Below are positions 26,901 through 36,727 of a stretch of DNA of 64,000 nt, piece after piece; position 1 is the first letter of the stretch; every line of letters starts with the position of its first letter. The stretch lies in assembly GCF_964194025.1 (NCBI RefSeq), contig NC_134469.1, forward strand, positions 77,438,001 to 77,502,000. Reading direction: 5' to 3'. Below the pieces are notes generated by a model. The model made no database searches. It saw nothing but the letters and a program-made list of their open reading frames with translations, and was not told the origin of the DNA. The position numbers and the translations under genes were made by a program. The DNA comes from Convolutriloba macropyga (lineage: Eukaryota).

Positions 26901-27126
26901 GTACAAGTCAATAGACTCAGATCCACCCCTTGCTGCGTTGAGCCGTCACTTTGGAAACTTCTGGAGCTACTTCAACGTCACATGTGACAAAGATGCGATG
27001 CTAGCGAGACAGTTGGCGATGGGGTTGTTGGAAAGTGCGGTTGGTTTCGGTAACGAGAGCAAGTCACCAGTTCCAATGAATGTGCAGATTGTACTAACTA
27101 TGTTGAAGAATATGAAGACTTGGTGA
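20902..27126 (+). CDS. Exon 2 of PHF7/G2E3-like protein: rest of ePHD, RING-like and PHD fingers, then a long low-complexity/coiled-coil extension (~2161 aa spliced)
   Basis: Acceptor TATTCAG|GTC at 20902 is in phase with exon 1, giving CSECQ|VKFHYPCG...SYCPDH. Then CPYC...CCNKSWLHSKC...CPVCKN.DEF and CSRPKCMCPYG...CTTC...HQSC...CILC. The frame is open for 6.2 kb; no HECT motif is recognisable. Confidence 0.9.
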   Translation, partial: VKFHYPCGKENLCITELSGDFVSYCPDHRSQQKLPVSFSSECPYCDEICDPMDSFFLTCCNKSWLHSKCAQIDADKHGFDTLACPVCKNRDEFINICQRFGFVLIKRKLDNENDLMKITPKECSRPKCMCPYGTEYSDDHRFRFFLCTTCNLYKIHQSCREAKDFPQFVCILCSTGKKGLPKFSVRKLGGNASVRPEPVTTFIYPDGSSSKPDRDVKVEDSQHDDDDDEDSKETFRKRSPRKQRGRSRKDVGFDAEFSDISSGDDETAFEKEERESRSRKRQEREEDEDYDEKVMVEGKYEINKPIVNQFHPAIRDLTKPPKGTKFTTKRNLSQGKFVPRPQQDQQQKREPMNLVKLDPQTILSLASSGNPANIEKADQLLQQLTSRFGGASYSTNKTTVTLTPGVQPTNYEDRQQHQHQSNIQNYDDKHRNRDDRYPPRKQHWGANKFDKFDRRNENYREDKNQGYNGRFGKHHRHHHSQHHNDKNRIDERGERRNRSRDYEYRRGGGGGFSGRGNRHDSSRSRRHEQYSNAPMENNEPPPKEKPNLAHVPKSLVEHVFRDMEKEATAKAEAEEKARNDALEAKKRIEEELRQIQEEEDAKRKEKEQKKAAAAASGGWKPLSGDGVNGEFKDEPEEGEAEESSDDDSSSSSSSDSDSSSDSGKKSQDEDNLEEGDKRPDVSKLLEIEPEPEVELTEEEQLFNLQKFSELANEYKKRFRALEDGIRKVHTDVVFYAERCDQDMIQGTQSQCNLFHLEINRLFQLCKQMKEYATAEGTKIQVNTFVVKIGDAESELKTNRGIVDEFAQLIEKITILEELLVEQIKEEALIVEPIMQANDLRTQPRDLLERVRQEVETALAESSENPKSLHRNYEQFVNKLNSMLRNGDVKLDKVGSLESSVMEHQENLGKHLKELRSELNDRNNLRNYIDEIAKLLTSHKTTAEHIEQTKSHPDRALSCIQGLRKEYKRLQKGIDKYRVKYSSISLELPDGAEDLLSNLKETKAKLEIELEALITKCEGWKNEAVPMLDRRMLLNNNEQRTDDSIDLKKKGFGFQLKLSDQTQKVIKDGNQLLKAQISNNEKDEDVSDASESDEKLANKSDDDDMSTKIPDYMKPLPKLEQPSTAIMPAPVSMAPVSVQSTPLLPPVPPQMPSVPLPPNFQPPFMAMPGASMFPPQHPGMQMPPFMPQPPQFPQFAVQQPQALPQMQYPQMQNPYMQMQHQAQATFPAPPNLIQAQPMHYGQMVSTANTIATSVHSQPALVSESQESAISNLPDMSLIEAAAKALENFTPAVSTDSSKPEKSSKPEKKSRKKRKKQESSDSEIEAVETFPKVEDLNLSKVSIQKKDVKIANESKESSRNNSDVENEDKALSKKARKEKRRKDRRNAMFGENEEPAAVENTQGTVQEEESKKPSAFSYAAAMVGLETTVFESEETYDPTAPTIENYSHAVDTNSYEVVFRPEKNDFVLVQKNSQEANAAHAEQQQVTDAINAAQQAEEQETEEDLKRKEQRAQERREKRKAEREALKREREREREEEAKLGVKKSGRFGTLSGMLSMLSQAENEQQEAEKKEQVEEEEEKVELITCIQVTPNEVIPCRPSPQEVNSTTASPPAKLKQTVEAVPNNNSVSPSTSDKVTSSQPGFFQSMQTVETSKKDASSAEEGELEEEGEVNSDEDDSQPRVVFDEKPVLQDQKIDSNVCVPVTFSQEEPTSTISDEALAASASITSSIVVKVQPPVISKDESKIKGHSIAFNDEDESDEDDNDDDDDSSGDEQPSLSPVKSSKTKKVASIVPPPPPQRKRKKKEQKKDTESSESTGESSDDEGSSSSSDDAPQLTKKELKKMMKFYAMFAKSKAAAKASKKKTKKKKKNESDSQESSDVEKVSPKKRKRRLSSKNKTPESGESDSSSEDESPSKKKQKSKRARKISTQKKPKTSPNKSQEPSTQPKATEKNDDSDEINMSSFFTQEANVLKAKCVQQTSQQPVLSPVTLSVDAILAQFLPEYKSIDSDPPLAALSRHFGNFWSYFNVTCDKDAMLARQLAMGLLESAVGFGNESKSPVPMNVQIVLTMLKNMKTW

Positions 27127-27809
27127 TATTTACTATCTTTGAGGAATATCTATCGACCATTCTTTATGCAGATATAATTGGCGCTTTATGTTTAAACTAA
27201 ATGTTTATTTAAAGGCTAATTATGCCACCATTGTTCTACAAAAATGAAGTAGTTATGATACTGGCAGATTTTGTTATTATTTTAACGTTGATCCTTTGCC
27301 GCACTAAAAATTTTTGTATTATTCTAGTTGCCCGACCGACTATTGATTGAAAGTTCCATTGTGTTAAAACATGATCAATTTAATTGCCTCCAACAGCTTT
27401 TTGTTTTGGACAGTCGATTAGCAGACATAAGCTTGCGAATTTTAAATATTCTACAGAAAATTATCTATTAATTTCTCAGAAAATTTTACGCCTCTGTGCA
27501 CGTATGGTTTCGGGGCCTCGTTTCTGGTCAATGTCTTCTGGCGTAAAACGAATATACCGAACATGATGACTAACGAACAGGCTTTGCTTCCTAAATTGGG
27601 TGTTATCGAATATTGTAATAGAGCAATTTTTAATTTCTCAGCTTTTTCAAAGAAAACACTCTTTACTTCAGGATGGTTAGTATTGTATATAACAAGTTCT
27701 GCGAACCAATGATGGGTATTAGTTCTCTATTGTATTGGATGTGTTCTTCTTTGACTCAAGTATTAAATATCTTCAATTGTGCATTTTTTTTGTCGCCAAT
27801 CGGGCCACT

Positions 27810-30493
27810 ACAGTAGTGGCAAGAAACAAAAAAAAAAACTGGCAAGAAATGGGCAAATACACAAAAATCTCACTTATGAAAACGCGTAGTACCAAAACCA
27901 ACAAACCATTAGTTGAAAATAAAACCATTAAAAGGATTGGATGACAAGAAAGAGGATGGAAATAGCATCCTCAGATATATGTAAATATGTAAAAATCACA
28001 AAACTTGATATTTCATAGCATGAAAGCCAAGAAACCATTGGTTAAATATAAAACCACTAAAAAGAGTGTTTTTTACTTCATTTGGAATAATATTTGCCCT
28101 GCATGTATTGCGACTGATCTACATGTGGACAGAAATAAGATTTAAAAAATTGGCGAACTTCAAAAATTAACTGACAGTTTAAAAAAATTTGTTCGAAGTC
28201 TAAGAGGCATTAGATAACATCTAAAAACATTGTATAGTTTCACCTATGGTTCACAAAAATCGTTTCAAGTTTACATCGTCAAAGCCATAAGAACTACAAA
28301 CTGTTCTCTCAAGACAAATTTATCTCTAGGTCTCATTTTGTAGTAGATAAGATCTTTCATTAAATGGGCCTTGATTTGAGATCATTTTTGTCAGTAATCA
28401 ACATAAAAAAAAACAAAATTGCCTACAAAAATTTTTTTCTTTCCATAGGTTTGCAAATTAGATCAAATAGCAAATGAAATGTTCAATAAACCAAAAATAA
28501 TTGATGTATTTTGTATATTTGCGGTAATTTTTCGAAAAACCTGCAAAGATTCAATTCCAGAAGACTCCTATAGGAAGTGAAAGTACAATAGTTTTTTGAG
28601 GAGTTTTTAAAGCAAATTTTTGGTCTCTACTTCCGACATATTTAAACCAAGTGAGATAAAAAAAGTGTTGGAGACATTTTTTGATTGAAAAAGACAGAAG
28701 CAAAGTTTTGCAAAATTTTGAACCGAAAGAATAAGATAAAGCTAGCTTCCTCTATCCCTAACAGTGAAACCAATAACAATAATGTTTACAATTTAAACAA
28801 ATTTTCGCAAAATTGACAAAAACTTGGTAAAGAAATATGCAAAATTTGAAACATAGCCGGCAGGTTGCCGGAAATTAGCCGCGATAGACGCTTGTGACCT
28901 TCCATATAACTAAAGGAATAAGATAGACAGATCGACCACCAGTCCTTTTATAGACCGGTAGGCTTTTTGGGTTAGATAGGGACCCTCAATTTTATGACTC
29001 CTGTCTATAAAGAAATAGCCACAAGAGCTTTTCAAAATTGATATTCGAAATCAAAAACTCAAGACTAAAACTCAAGAATTAGGGCATATAAGTTTGGCAC
29101 TATCAGATTTACACTATTGATCTTTAACTAGTAAATGTTCATAAAATTTAAAGTTCCATAAGTGAGTTCAGAAGTCATTGTTTTGAGTGAGGTAAGTCAC
29201 GCAATTGACCTAAAAGCAGAAATGACGTCACGCACACAAGTTTTAACTGCAAATCAGTAGAAGTCACTGAAGTCATTGAAAAAGTCGATTCCAAGAAGTC
29301 AGGAAAAAGAATCATCGACGAATTAAAAAACATAGCAGGACAAGTCCTGAAAGACAATCCAAGGAATTGAATGAAAAACAGACTTAATGTACCTGACCAG
29401 CAGATCATTTGAAGAATCCCAGCCAAAAAGACGAAAAACTAAAAGAATCGAACTCAACAAAAAAAACAGTTATTCCTAAAACTCTCGAAGCTTTTAACCT
29501 GAAGGCTAAATATGACACAATGCAATATACTGATTAACTCTTTTTGACTGAGGAGTTCTTTCTTGTAACCCGTCTGCAACATTTAAAAAATTTTGTTGGC
29601 CAGTAAAGATCGTTAAACTCAGAAAATGAAAAAAAAACTCACAAAAATTTGAAAACAATCACAAAATTTTCATTAGCAAACATTATTTAAAAAAACACTT
29701 ACATTTGCATTCTAAAAAAACAGAAAACTAATTTATTGCCACTAGAAACTATGCAATAACATACGAGCAAACCCAATAGGATCAAATCCCCGGCCACTTA
29801 GAGGAAAAGTGCTAAAATTTCAAAAATTTAGAGAAAAAGTTACAATTTGAAAATCGCTAAAATTTGTAATAATAAAATGTTTAAACACATTCCCCATAAC
29901 CACAAGAAACTATGCAGTAGCCTATTATCAAAAGCTAGAGGAGATTCCGTGGCTGTTCAGATTAGAAAAACATAAAAAATGACCAAAAACTTCAAAAATT
30001 TGAAAAAATTGGTTTATTCCATGGCCGATAAAAATTTTCCAGTAAACTATTACCGAGCCCTAGACACGATTTCTTGCCCCCTGGAGCTGGAAAACTTGAA
30101 TAATGACAATTCAATACTCTATAAGCTTGAAGATCAACTAAACGCCGCTAAGGGCCTCTAATGAAACTTGACGCCCGCTGAGCTTTACCTGTTTATCCCG
30201 TTTTGAAAGCACCAATACAATCCAATTCTTGGATTGTAAAAAACACGATGTCTCGAGTAATAGCCGCTATCGCTTCGCGGCTATTAATAAAAAGAACGAA
30301 ATTCCGTCTACTATTCACAAAAATTTTAAGTTCGATAACTCCCTGTAAAAAACCAAAAATAAAAGATCTTTTTCAATTCCATGATAACAGTTTCGATTCT
30401 ACAATGAATATATCGATCGGCCAAAAATGACTGAACAAAAGAACCCATTTGAGTAGATAGTTCCTCCCCACACAAGTGGGTTGGAACAACTAG
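27810..30493 (+). mobile_element. Non-autonomous Helitron-like element, copy 1 (interrupted ~28860-30240)
   Basis: Ends in hairpin CCCAC-acaa-GTGGG (30467-30480), 9 nt, then CTAG|T (30490-30494). Internal blocks match 35450-36450, e.g. CATCGTCAAAGCCATA, TTGTCAGTAAT and ATTCCAGAAGA. The 5' limit is approximate. Confidence 0.6.
29575..30205 (-). repeat. Inverted copy of the 13010-14350 repeat family
   Basis: Reverse complements match: TTTACTGGCCAACAAAATTTT vs ~14305; TTTGATAATAGGCTACTGCATAGTTT vs ~13833; CAAAACGGGATAAACAGGTA vs ~13084. Confidence 0.7.
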
Positions 30494-30624
30494 TGAACCT
30501 GTGATGTGATAAGCATTAAGGAGACCTGTTACTATTATCAGTAATGGAAATCTGCATCTTTGTGAAATTCAATAGTGCCCAAAATGCTAAAATGTTTCAA
30601 AGGAGATAGAGAACCCAGGGTACG

Positions 30625-31067
30625 AGTGTTTTAGTCGCTAAAACCTGGAGGCACGTGCAAAAGTGGAATGCTAAGTTTTGCAGCCCTAACTTAGCGGCCC
30701 GCTCGCAGTAAGGAAACATAATTTTTGGCGGTGAGGCCTACTTTTGACATTTCCTTCAAAACCTGAAACGAAAGCACTTGGAGCAGAAAATGATTGAAAT
30801 AGCTGAAAAACAGGAAGAAATTAGAAACATTAACGAAAACTTCTCGTTTAATAATTTGCAAAACTGTACTTTTAATTTCAATTTTAATTAAAGTTTAACC
30901 CTCTTCGTACCCTTTGGTTTTCTAGCACATGAATCTTAGCACCCCTTGGTCCTTGTGCCCAGCACTCGGGCGCAAGCGCGCTCGTGTCAAGGCACTAAGT
31001 TCGTCGGGCCGCTAAGATTAATGTTCTAAGTTCGCCGGGCCGCTAAGATTCATGTGCTAACATATAC
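30625..31067 (+). mobile_element. Small non-autonomous DNA-transposon remnant, Crypton-like
   Basis: 18-bp inverted repeat TAGCACATGAATCTTAGC (30923-30940) / GCTAAGATTCATGTGCTA (31042-31059) flanks a CTCGGGCGCAAGCGCGCTCG hairpin. CTTAGCGGCCCG near 30690 is inverted against CGGGCCGCTAAG at ~31005 and ~31036. A coding stub at 30748-30891 ends FSFNNLQNCTFNFNFN*. Confidence 0.5.
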
Positions 31068-31475
31068 TTAGAAGCATGAAGTTTTAACTGACTGAGCATT
31101 GGCAAGCGAGTTCTGAATTCGGTGTTTGGATCTTCTCTGCTTTCACATACCCGCAAGATTTCATCTTTGCATGTTATTTACAAGCCCCAAGCGCATGTGA
31201 ATTGTTAGCGCAAACTCATTTGGCGTGAAGTTGCACAAATTTTGTAACTGGTCTCAAAGATTTTTTCGGGGGCATTAACAGAAAAGATAAAATAACGGAA
31301 CTTTGGATTTTTGACCGGGCAATAGGCACTATATTCGACTGCTGCGCTGGCTTACAAAATGACCTTTGTATCGTAAATGTGCAATAAGTAAAACGGTGCT
31401 CGATTTCAGTAGCTTCATTCATAGAAAAGGTTTGTAAGCAGAATTAATCAAGACAATAAAAGTAAGAAGTCTAGA

Positions 31476-33236
31476 ATGACCTCGAGTCAAGAAAGTTCGT
31501 CAACTCTGAATAATGGCGATATCACTGCAAGCTCTGTTGACAGTTGGATAGAACCCAATGGCCAAACCTGTAAACTTTCAACGTGGATGGAATGTGGTTC
31601 CTTACTTTATCTTAACGAGGAGGAGAAACTGAATTTGGGCAAATGGGTTCTCTGTATCAATGACGCCGATAGTCAGAACACGGCGAATAGAGTCTGGGAA
31701 GTTGTGGAAACGAAGGTGACGATTGGCGAGTTCTGCTATGCTAAACGAACTAAAACATCGAATGTGTCTGAAGACGAAGCTGCTTCGAATCATACCCAGT
31801 TGGTGTTTATTTACACTGCTGATTGTTTTGATGTAAAAGCGGTGAAACGTGCTGCCGATGTGATCCGAAAAGAAGTCTATTCTGATTTCCACGTGATGTG
31901 TTACTTCCAAGAATCTGCCATGGACTGGGAGAGACACTACCATTGCCAGAATCTCCTCTTCAAATACACCTCCGATGGAAAACTGTTCAAACTAAAGTCA
32001 AATGCTGATGAAGGCAAAGTTGAGACTGAGTTGGACCAGATACCTGAGCAAGCTGATATTGGATTTGATAATCGCAATTCGGTTGACGATGATGAAAACA
32101 ATTTGAATCAGAATTATTTCTGCAACTCTCAGTCCCAAACTTTTGACTGCTCTCAAAGGACTGTAATTGATTGCCATGCTGAAGATAACGATATTGTTAA
32201 GTTTCTTGACCAAACCGTCGAAGCGGTTGAGAGAATCATGACTTCGCGACAGATCGGCGATAACGAAAACGTGATTCTGGGTGATGACGTTCAACAATGC
32301 TCTCAGTCATCAATTGGGTCGTTGGGGAATGGCTTTGAGGACATGATGTTAGCATCACAGAAAGCTGACAAAGCAGAGCTAGAAGGCTTCAGTCAAATTG
32401 ATCTCAGTTCTCAGAGAAATGACAACACCACTGAAATGGGCAAAAATGGCAATTTGAATATCGGTAGAAGCTGGTCGCAAGGCAGCCAAGTTTCTGGAAC
32501 TGATTCGGCAAAATTTGAAGAGCATCTCGAACGCGTCCAGAAATCGGTTGATGAGTTGCAAAAGGTAAAAATATCAAGGGCGCCTATTGAAGTTGAGGAA
32601 AGCAACTCAGAACTGGAAAGGGTGATGGTAGCTAACGAAGAGGACATGCTAGAGAGAGAATCAGGGTGCCGAAATGAACCCAAGTTTGAATTCAATTCTG
32701 AACATTCAGGAACTCAAATGCGATTAAGTAAAATTGATGCACTCACTGAGCGAATGGAGGAGAGGCAACGAGAAAGACATGCAAGATTAACGAGCGTGAC
32801 AGAAAGATTGTTGAGGGATTCTAAAAACCAATCAAACGAGGATAAACATAATTCTGATTTAACCCAAACGTTCGGTGCGTTCCATGCAAAAATGAATGAA
32901 ATTCAAGCTGAAAACGAAAAGAAGCTGTACGAAATGAAGAGCAGAATTGCCAAAATGAGAGAAAATGTTCGAGAGATCACAAGCAAGCGCAAAGTGGAAT
33001 TGGTCAATGTTGCTGACCTGCAGGAGGGTGAAAGTGGCAATAATAATCAAGGAATTGGGTATGATTTTATGAAGAAGCGAAGTGAGCATAAGCAGAAAAT
33101 AGCAGAGATGAAACAGCGGGTGCACGAAGCAATGAGTCGAATTAAGGCGTTGAATGAAAACGCACGGCTGATAGGAACTGATCAATTAATTTCACAAGAA
33201 TGGGACTTAGTTGAGATGGACGCAAACCAAGCATAA
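31476..33236 (+). CDS. Intronless 586-aa protein: N-terminal BLES03/C11orf68 (DUF1917, eIF4E-like fold) domain, SQ cluster, C-terminal coiled coils
   Basis: Motifs GKWVLCI, NRVWEVV, YAKR and QLVFIYTADCFDVKAVKRAADVIR parallel the BLES03 pattern GKW...W...AKV...VICVYTxDFxD..V......IR. Long ATG-started ORF; AATAAA follows the stop. Confidence 0.8.
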   Translation: MTSSQESSSTLNNGDITASSVDSWIEPNGQTCKLSTWMECGSLLYLNEEEKLNLGKWVLCINDADSQNTANRVWEVVETKVTIGEFCYAKRTKTSNVSEDEAASNHTQLVFIYTADCFDVKAVKRAADVIRKEVYSDFHVMCYFQESAMDWERHYHCQNLLFKYTSDGKLFKLKSNADEGKVETELDQIPEQADIGFDNRNSVDDDENNLNQNYFCNSQSQTFDCSQRTVIDCHAEDNDIVKFLDQTVEAVERIMTSRQIGDNENVILGDDVQQCSQSSIGSLGNGFEDMMLASQKADKAELEGFSQIDLSSQRNDNTTEMGKNGNLNIGRSWSQGSQVSGTDSAKFEEHLERVQKSVDELQKVKISRAPIEVEESNSELERVMVANEEDMLERESGCRNEPKFEFNSEHSGTQMRLSKIDALTERMEERQRERHARLTSVTERLLRDSKNQSNEDKHNSDLTQTFGAFHAKMNEIQAENEKKLYEMKSRIAKMRENVREITSKRKVELVNVADLQEGESGNNNQGIGYDFMKKRSEHKQKIAEMKQRVHEAMSRIKALNENARLIGTDQLISQEWDLVEMDANQA

Positions 33237-33799
33237 ATTACCAGAAATAAATCAAGCACTCGTTATTATTACTTACTACTGTCGATCAATTTGTTTTTTG
33301 TTGCTTCAGAAAGTTAATTTTATCATTTTTAAAGAGCTACTTGGCTTGTAAATCGGTGCCCTATTGATGCGTGCAAGCGTTAATTGTAGCTTTGATCAAG
33401 CAAAAATAAACGAACTGAATTTAGCTTTTTTTTTTTACTTGTCGACAAATATAAACGGCTGTGATAATAAAAATTGTTTTTTCAACTTTATCAAAAGTTT
33501 ATGGGAGCGGTGTGAAACAGATTCTACAAAAGGAACGTATTATATGCATTTGTAGAAATAATTTTGCGCCATTTAACTGAAAGTTTTCAACGGCATCGGT
33601 CGTAATGCTAAACGAATATCATTCGGTATAAGTAAGGAAACGAAAATTAAGTTAAGAGTAACTGTTGAGATACGAGAAAAGCTGAAATAACAATTAGTTG
33701 TAGCATAAAAGACAGGGAGGCGCGGTAATGTGCGTTTGCACATTAAGTTCCGACCCCGCTCATCTACATTTTTCACTTAATTGTCTACCAAATGAGGAA

Positions 33800-36727
33800 G
33801 AGATAACATATCAACATATCGTTCAACAAACTACTAAAAGAATACAACAATCTACTCTAGAGGGCCTCTGAGACCTGTGGCTACCATAATATGACTACCA
33901 GAAAAGACGGCAATAAAAGTCAAATAGTTACAAATATTAAATACGACCAAAACTCCTTGTCCATTTTTTGAAAACCACTAATAACCAAATCAAAATGGCA
34001 TCAGATAAAATTTATACTCAGAAGATTAACCGGCACGTTTTTGGAATAAAATATGGGACTTTTCCTCAATGCGACTTAACAACGAGTCGACGAGAAATGA
34101 GCAAAAGGGGGAAAGTTTATTAAAACATTGCTCTTTTAAAAAAATAAATTCGAACTGATTAGAAACATTACGCATCAAATGAACTCATTGAGAGAGTCTT
34201 GTATACCTCAATAAAGAACGACTGAGGCCTTTCATTATCCAGGATATTTCATCCGACTACAAAAAAACGACAGATACAGGCAAAAACTAAAAATTTGCAC
34301 GAAAAATTACGCACGAAAACGATGGCCTCCCAATCAATTAAATATTAAGCTGATCACTAATAACAATGAAAATCTTCGTTTGCATTTTTTGAAGGTAACA
34401 AAAATTTGTAAATCAAATGTCGCCTATTATTGTGATACTGTGAAAAGAGAACAAAAAACTACAAAAAAGGGGGCAAATAGGCAAAAATCACGAAAATTGT
34501 TTTTATGAAAACTGGTTGTTCCAAGAAGAAAGACCATTTGAGGAAAACAAAAACGTTATGATGAGCAAATTGTATTTCAATTGATAAATGATGTGAATTG
34601 TATATAGAGCTGCTTAGCTACAATTTAACAGAAATAAAACTAGCAGATCTCAAAAATCTATCTCTTTTTTTTGAAAATAAATATTTTCAGAATTCATAGC
34701 CAACAATATCTTTCGACTAAAAGAGTAGACAGTTTGTCTTGCAACTACTCTGAAAATAATTGCAACTGTTTTTAATGAGACTAAATCATAAGACTATAAA
34801 ATAACTTTCAATACACACTGATTTAAAAAGTTTCACAAACAACTTCACGAAACCAGTTTTGAAGCCATTAAATTTGTATGATATTAACCGCGAGAATATA
34901 ACATTTCTATTTGCGTCTCCTCTGACCATCATAATGTCTTTTTTGTAAAAACGACTATCAGAAAATGACAACAAAAAGACCCACAAAATCCGAAAAGTAT
35001 CTAAACTTCACAAAATTCTTCTGAAACAAATTGGCCAAGCCCTGAAGGCATCTTTTAAAACGTTTAAAAAACAGAAAAATTATTGTTTGATTCAACAAAA
35101 GCTTTAAAAAAGCTCTAAATAATGAAGCTAATTTACGAAAATGATACAACAATGTATAATACGGAAAGCAAACCAGAACAAACTCTTTTTTCATTACTCT
35201 GTTTACCGATATCAGTTATTAAGTTCATTTGTTTATCTATAGTTGGCCACTGAGACCTTTAATTACACAATATTTGGCATATGACAACAAAAACTAATGA
35301 CAAATAGAGGGCAAAAACTCTACCAATTTCTGCAAGAGAACTGTGTTGCAGCCCTTCAAACCATATGTTATGAAAACAAAAAAAAGTTCATTTTCAAATG
35401 TAAAATTTTTTTTCGGTTAGATTGTTAAATAATGTTACAATTTACAAAAGAAATAAAAACAACAGCAAAAATGGGAAATTTTGCACAAAAATCAGTTTGT
35501 ATAAAAACTCGTAGTACCAAAAGCAAGAAAACCTTCTGTTAAAACAATCGGCCACAGAATTAGTTTGTATTTTATACAGAGGAAAGATTGACCTGTACCT
35601 ACTGAGAATAAACAAAATGTTGAATAAAATAATATAAAAAATTGACAAATTAAAAAATCACAGAAGTTTCTTTAAAACAAATACATTCAAAAATATAAGA
35701 CATTAGGTAACAATGGAATGAATAGAAAAGGCTTTTCTTGAAGAAGAAATTTAATTCTTTCAGTGGTTAAACTTAAAAATCAGACTGCCAAAAGAACAAC
35801 AATTGATGGCAAAAGACAAAAATTCAGTTAACTTTTACTAAAACTCTTCATCAAAGCCATAAAAACCCTTTGGTTCTCTGAAAACAAACTATCTACATTC
35901 GGCTTCAAATTTACGTAAACTGGAGTTGTCAATAACGGAGCCGTAAATAAAAAATGTTGTTGTCAGTAATTAACATTAAAAATACAAAAGCAAAATATTT
36001 TGAAAAGGCAGCATGAAAATAAAAATCAAGAAGTCTCTGATTCTAAGAATCCATGATTTTGTCGACCCTCTCCCTGATTTTGTCGCACACCCAGAAAACC
36101 GACCAAGTGTTTGCGAAATAGACAAATTGTTGCGTGGATTTCTTCAAATACTAAAAAAAAGAACGATGCATTTTGTATAATTATCGAGTTAAATCTGCAA
36201 TAAACGCCAAAGTTTTAATTCCAGAAGATTTTCATACGGCGCCTAATTGCAACTAGCGCTCTTTTTGAGATTAGGGAGTCTTTTTTAAGGTTTCTAGGTC
36301 ACTAAGTCTGGCAAACTTTAACAAAGTGGACCAAAAAAGCATATTTTGTGCCATTTTTGAATGAAAGTTTGAATTTTGAAAATGTTATCAAAAATTTTAG
36401 TCAAAAAAACTTCAATCAGACAATTAAGCAACGCTCGTCTATCTCTAACGGTAACAACAACACTCTGCCGTTAAAAAATTTAACTTACTTTGAACTATAT
36501 TAGCGAAATTGTGCCAAATTTTAGCCAAAATTACTGAAAATGTGAACAAAAACAGTCGAATGTTCACAAAACTTTAAACCTCGATAACTCCCTTCAAACA
36601 AAAATTGGAAAATTCGTTTTAATTCCGTAATCTACGCTGGACGGGCTTTTCAATGATACCACTCACAATTCACCCAGTTGAGTATATAGTTCCTCCTCCC
36701 CACTAAAGTGGGGGTTGGAACAATTAA
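33800..36727 (+). mobile_element. Non-autonomous Helitron-like element, copy 2
   Basis: 3' end TAGTTCCTCCT-CCCCAC-taaa-GTGGGG-GTTGGAACAA-TTAA is homologous to 30457-30493. The 5' region (AGAGGGCC..TGAGACC...TCAAAATGGCAT) is homologous to 40417-40552. Confidence 0.55.

Noticed and set aside
31602-33185. Antisense ORFs over the BLES03-like gene
   Set aside because: Shadow ORFs with no independent motifs.
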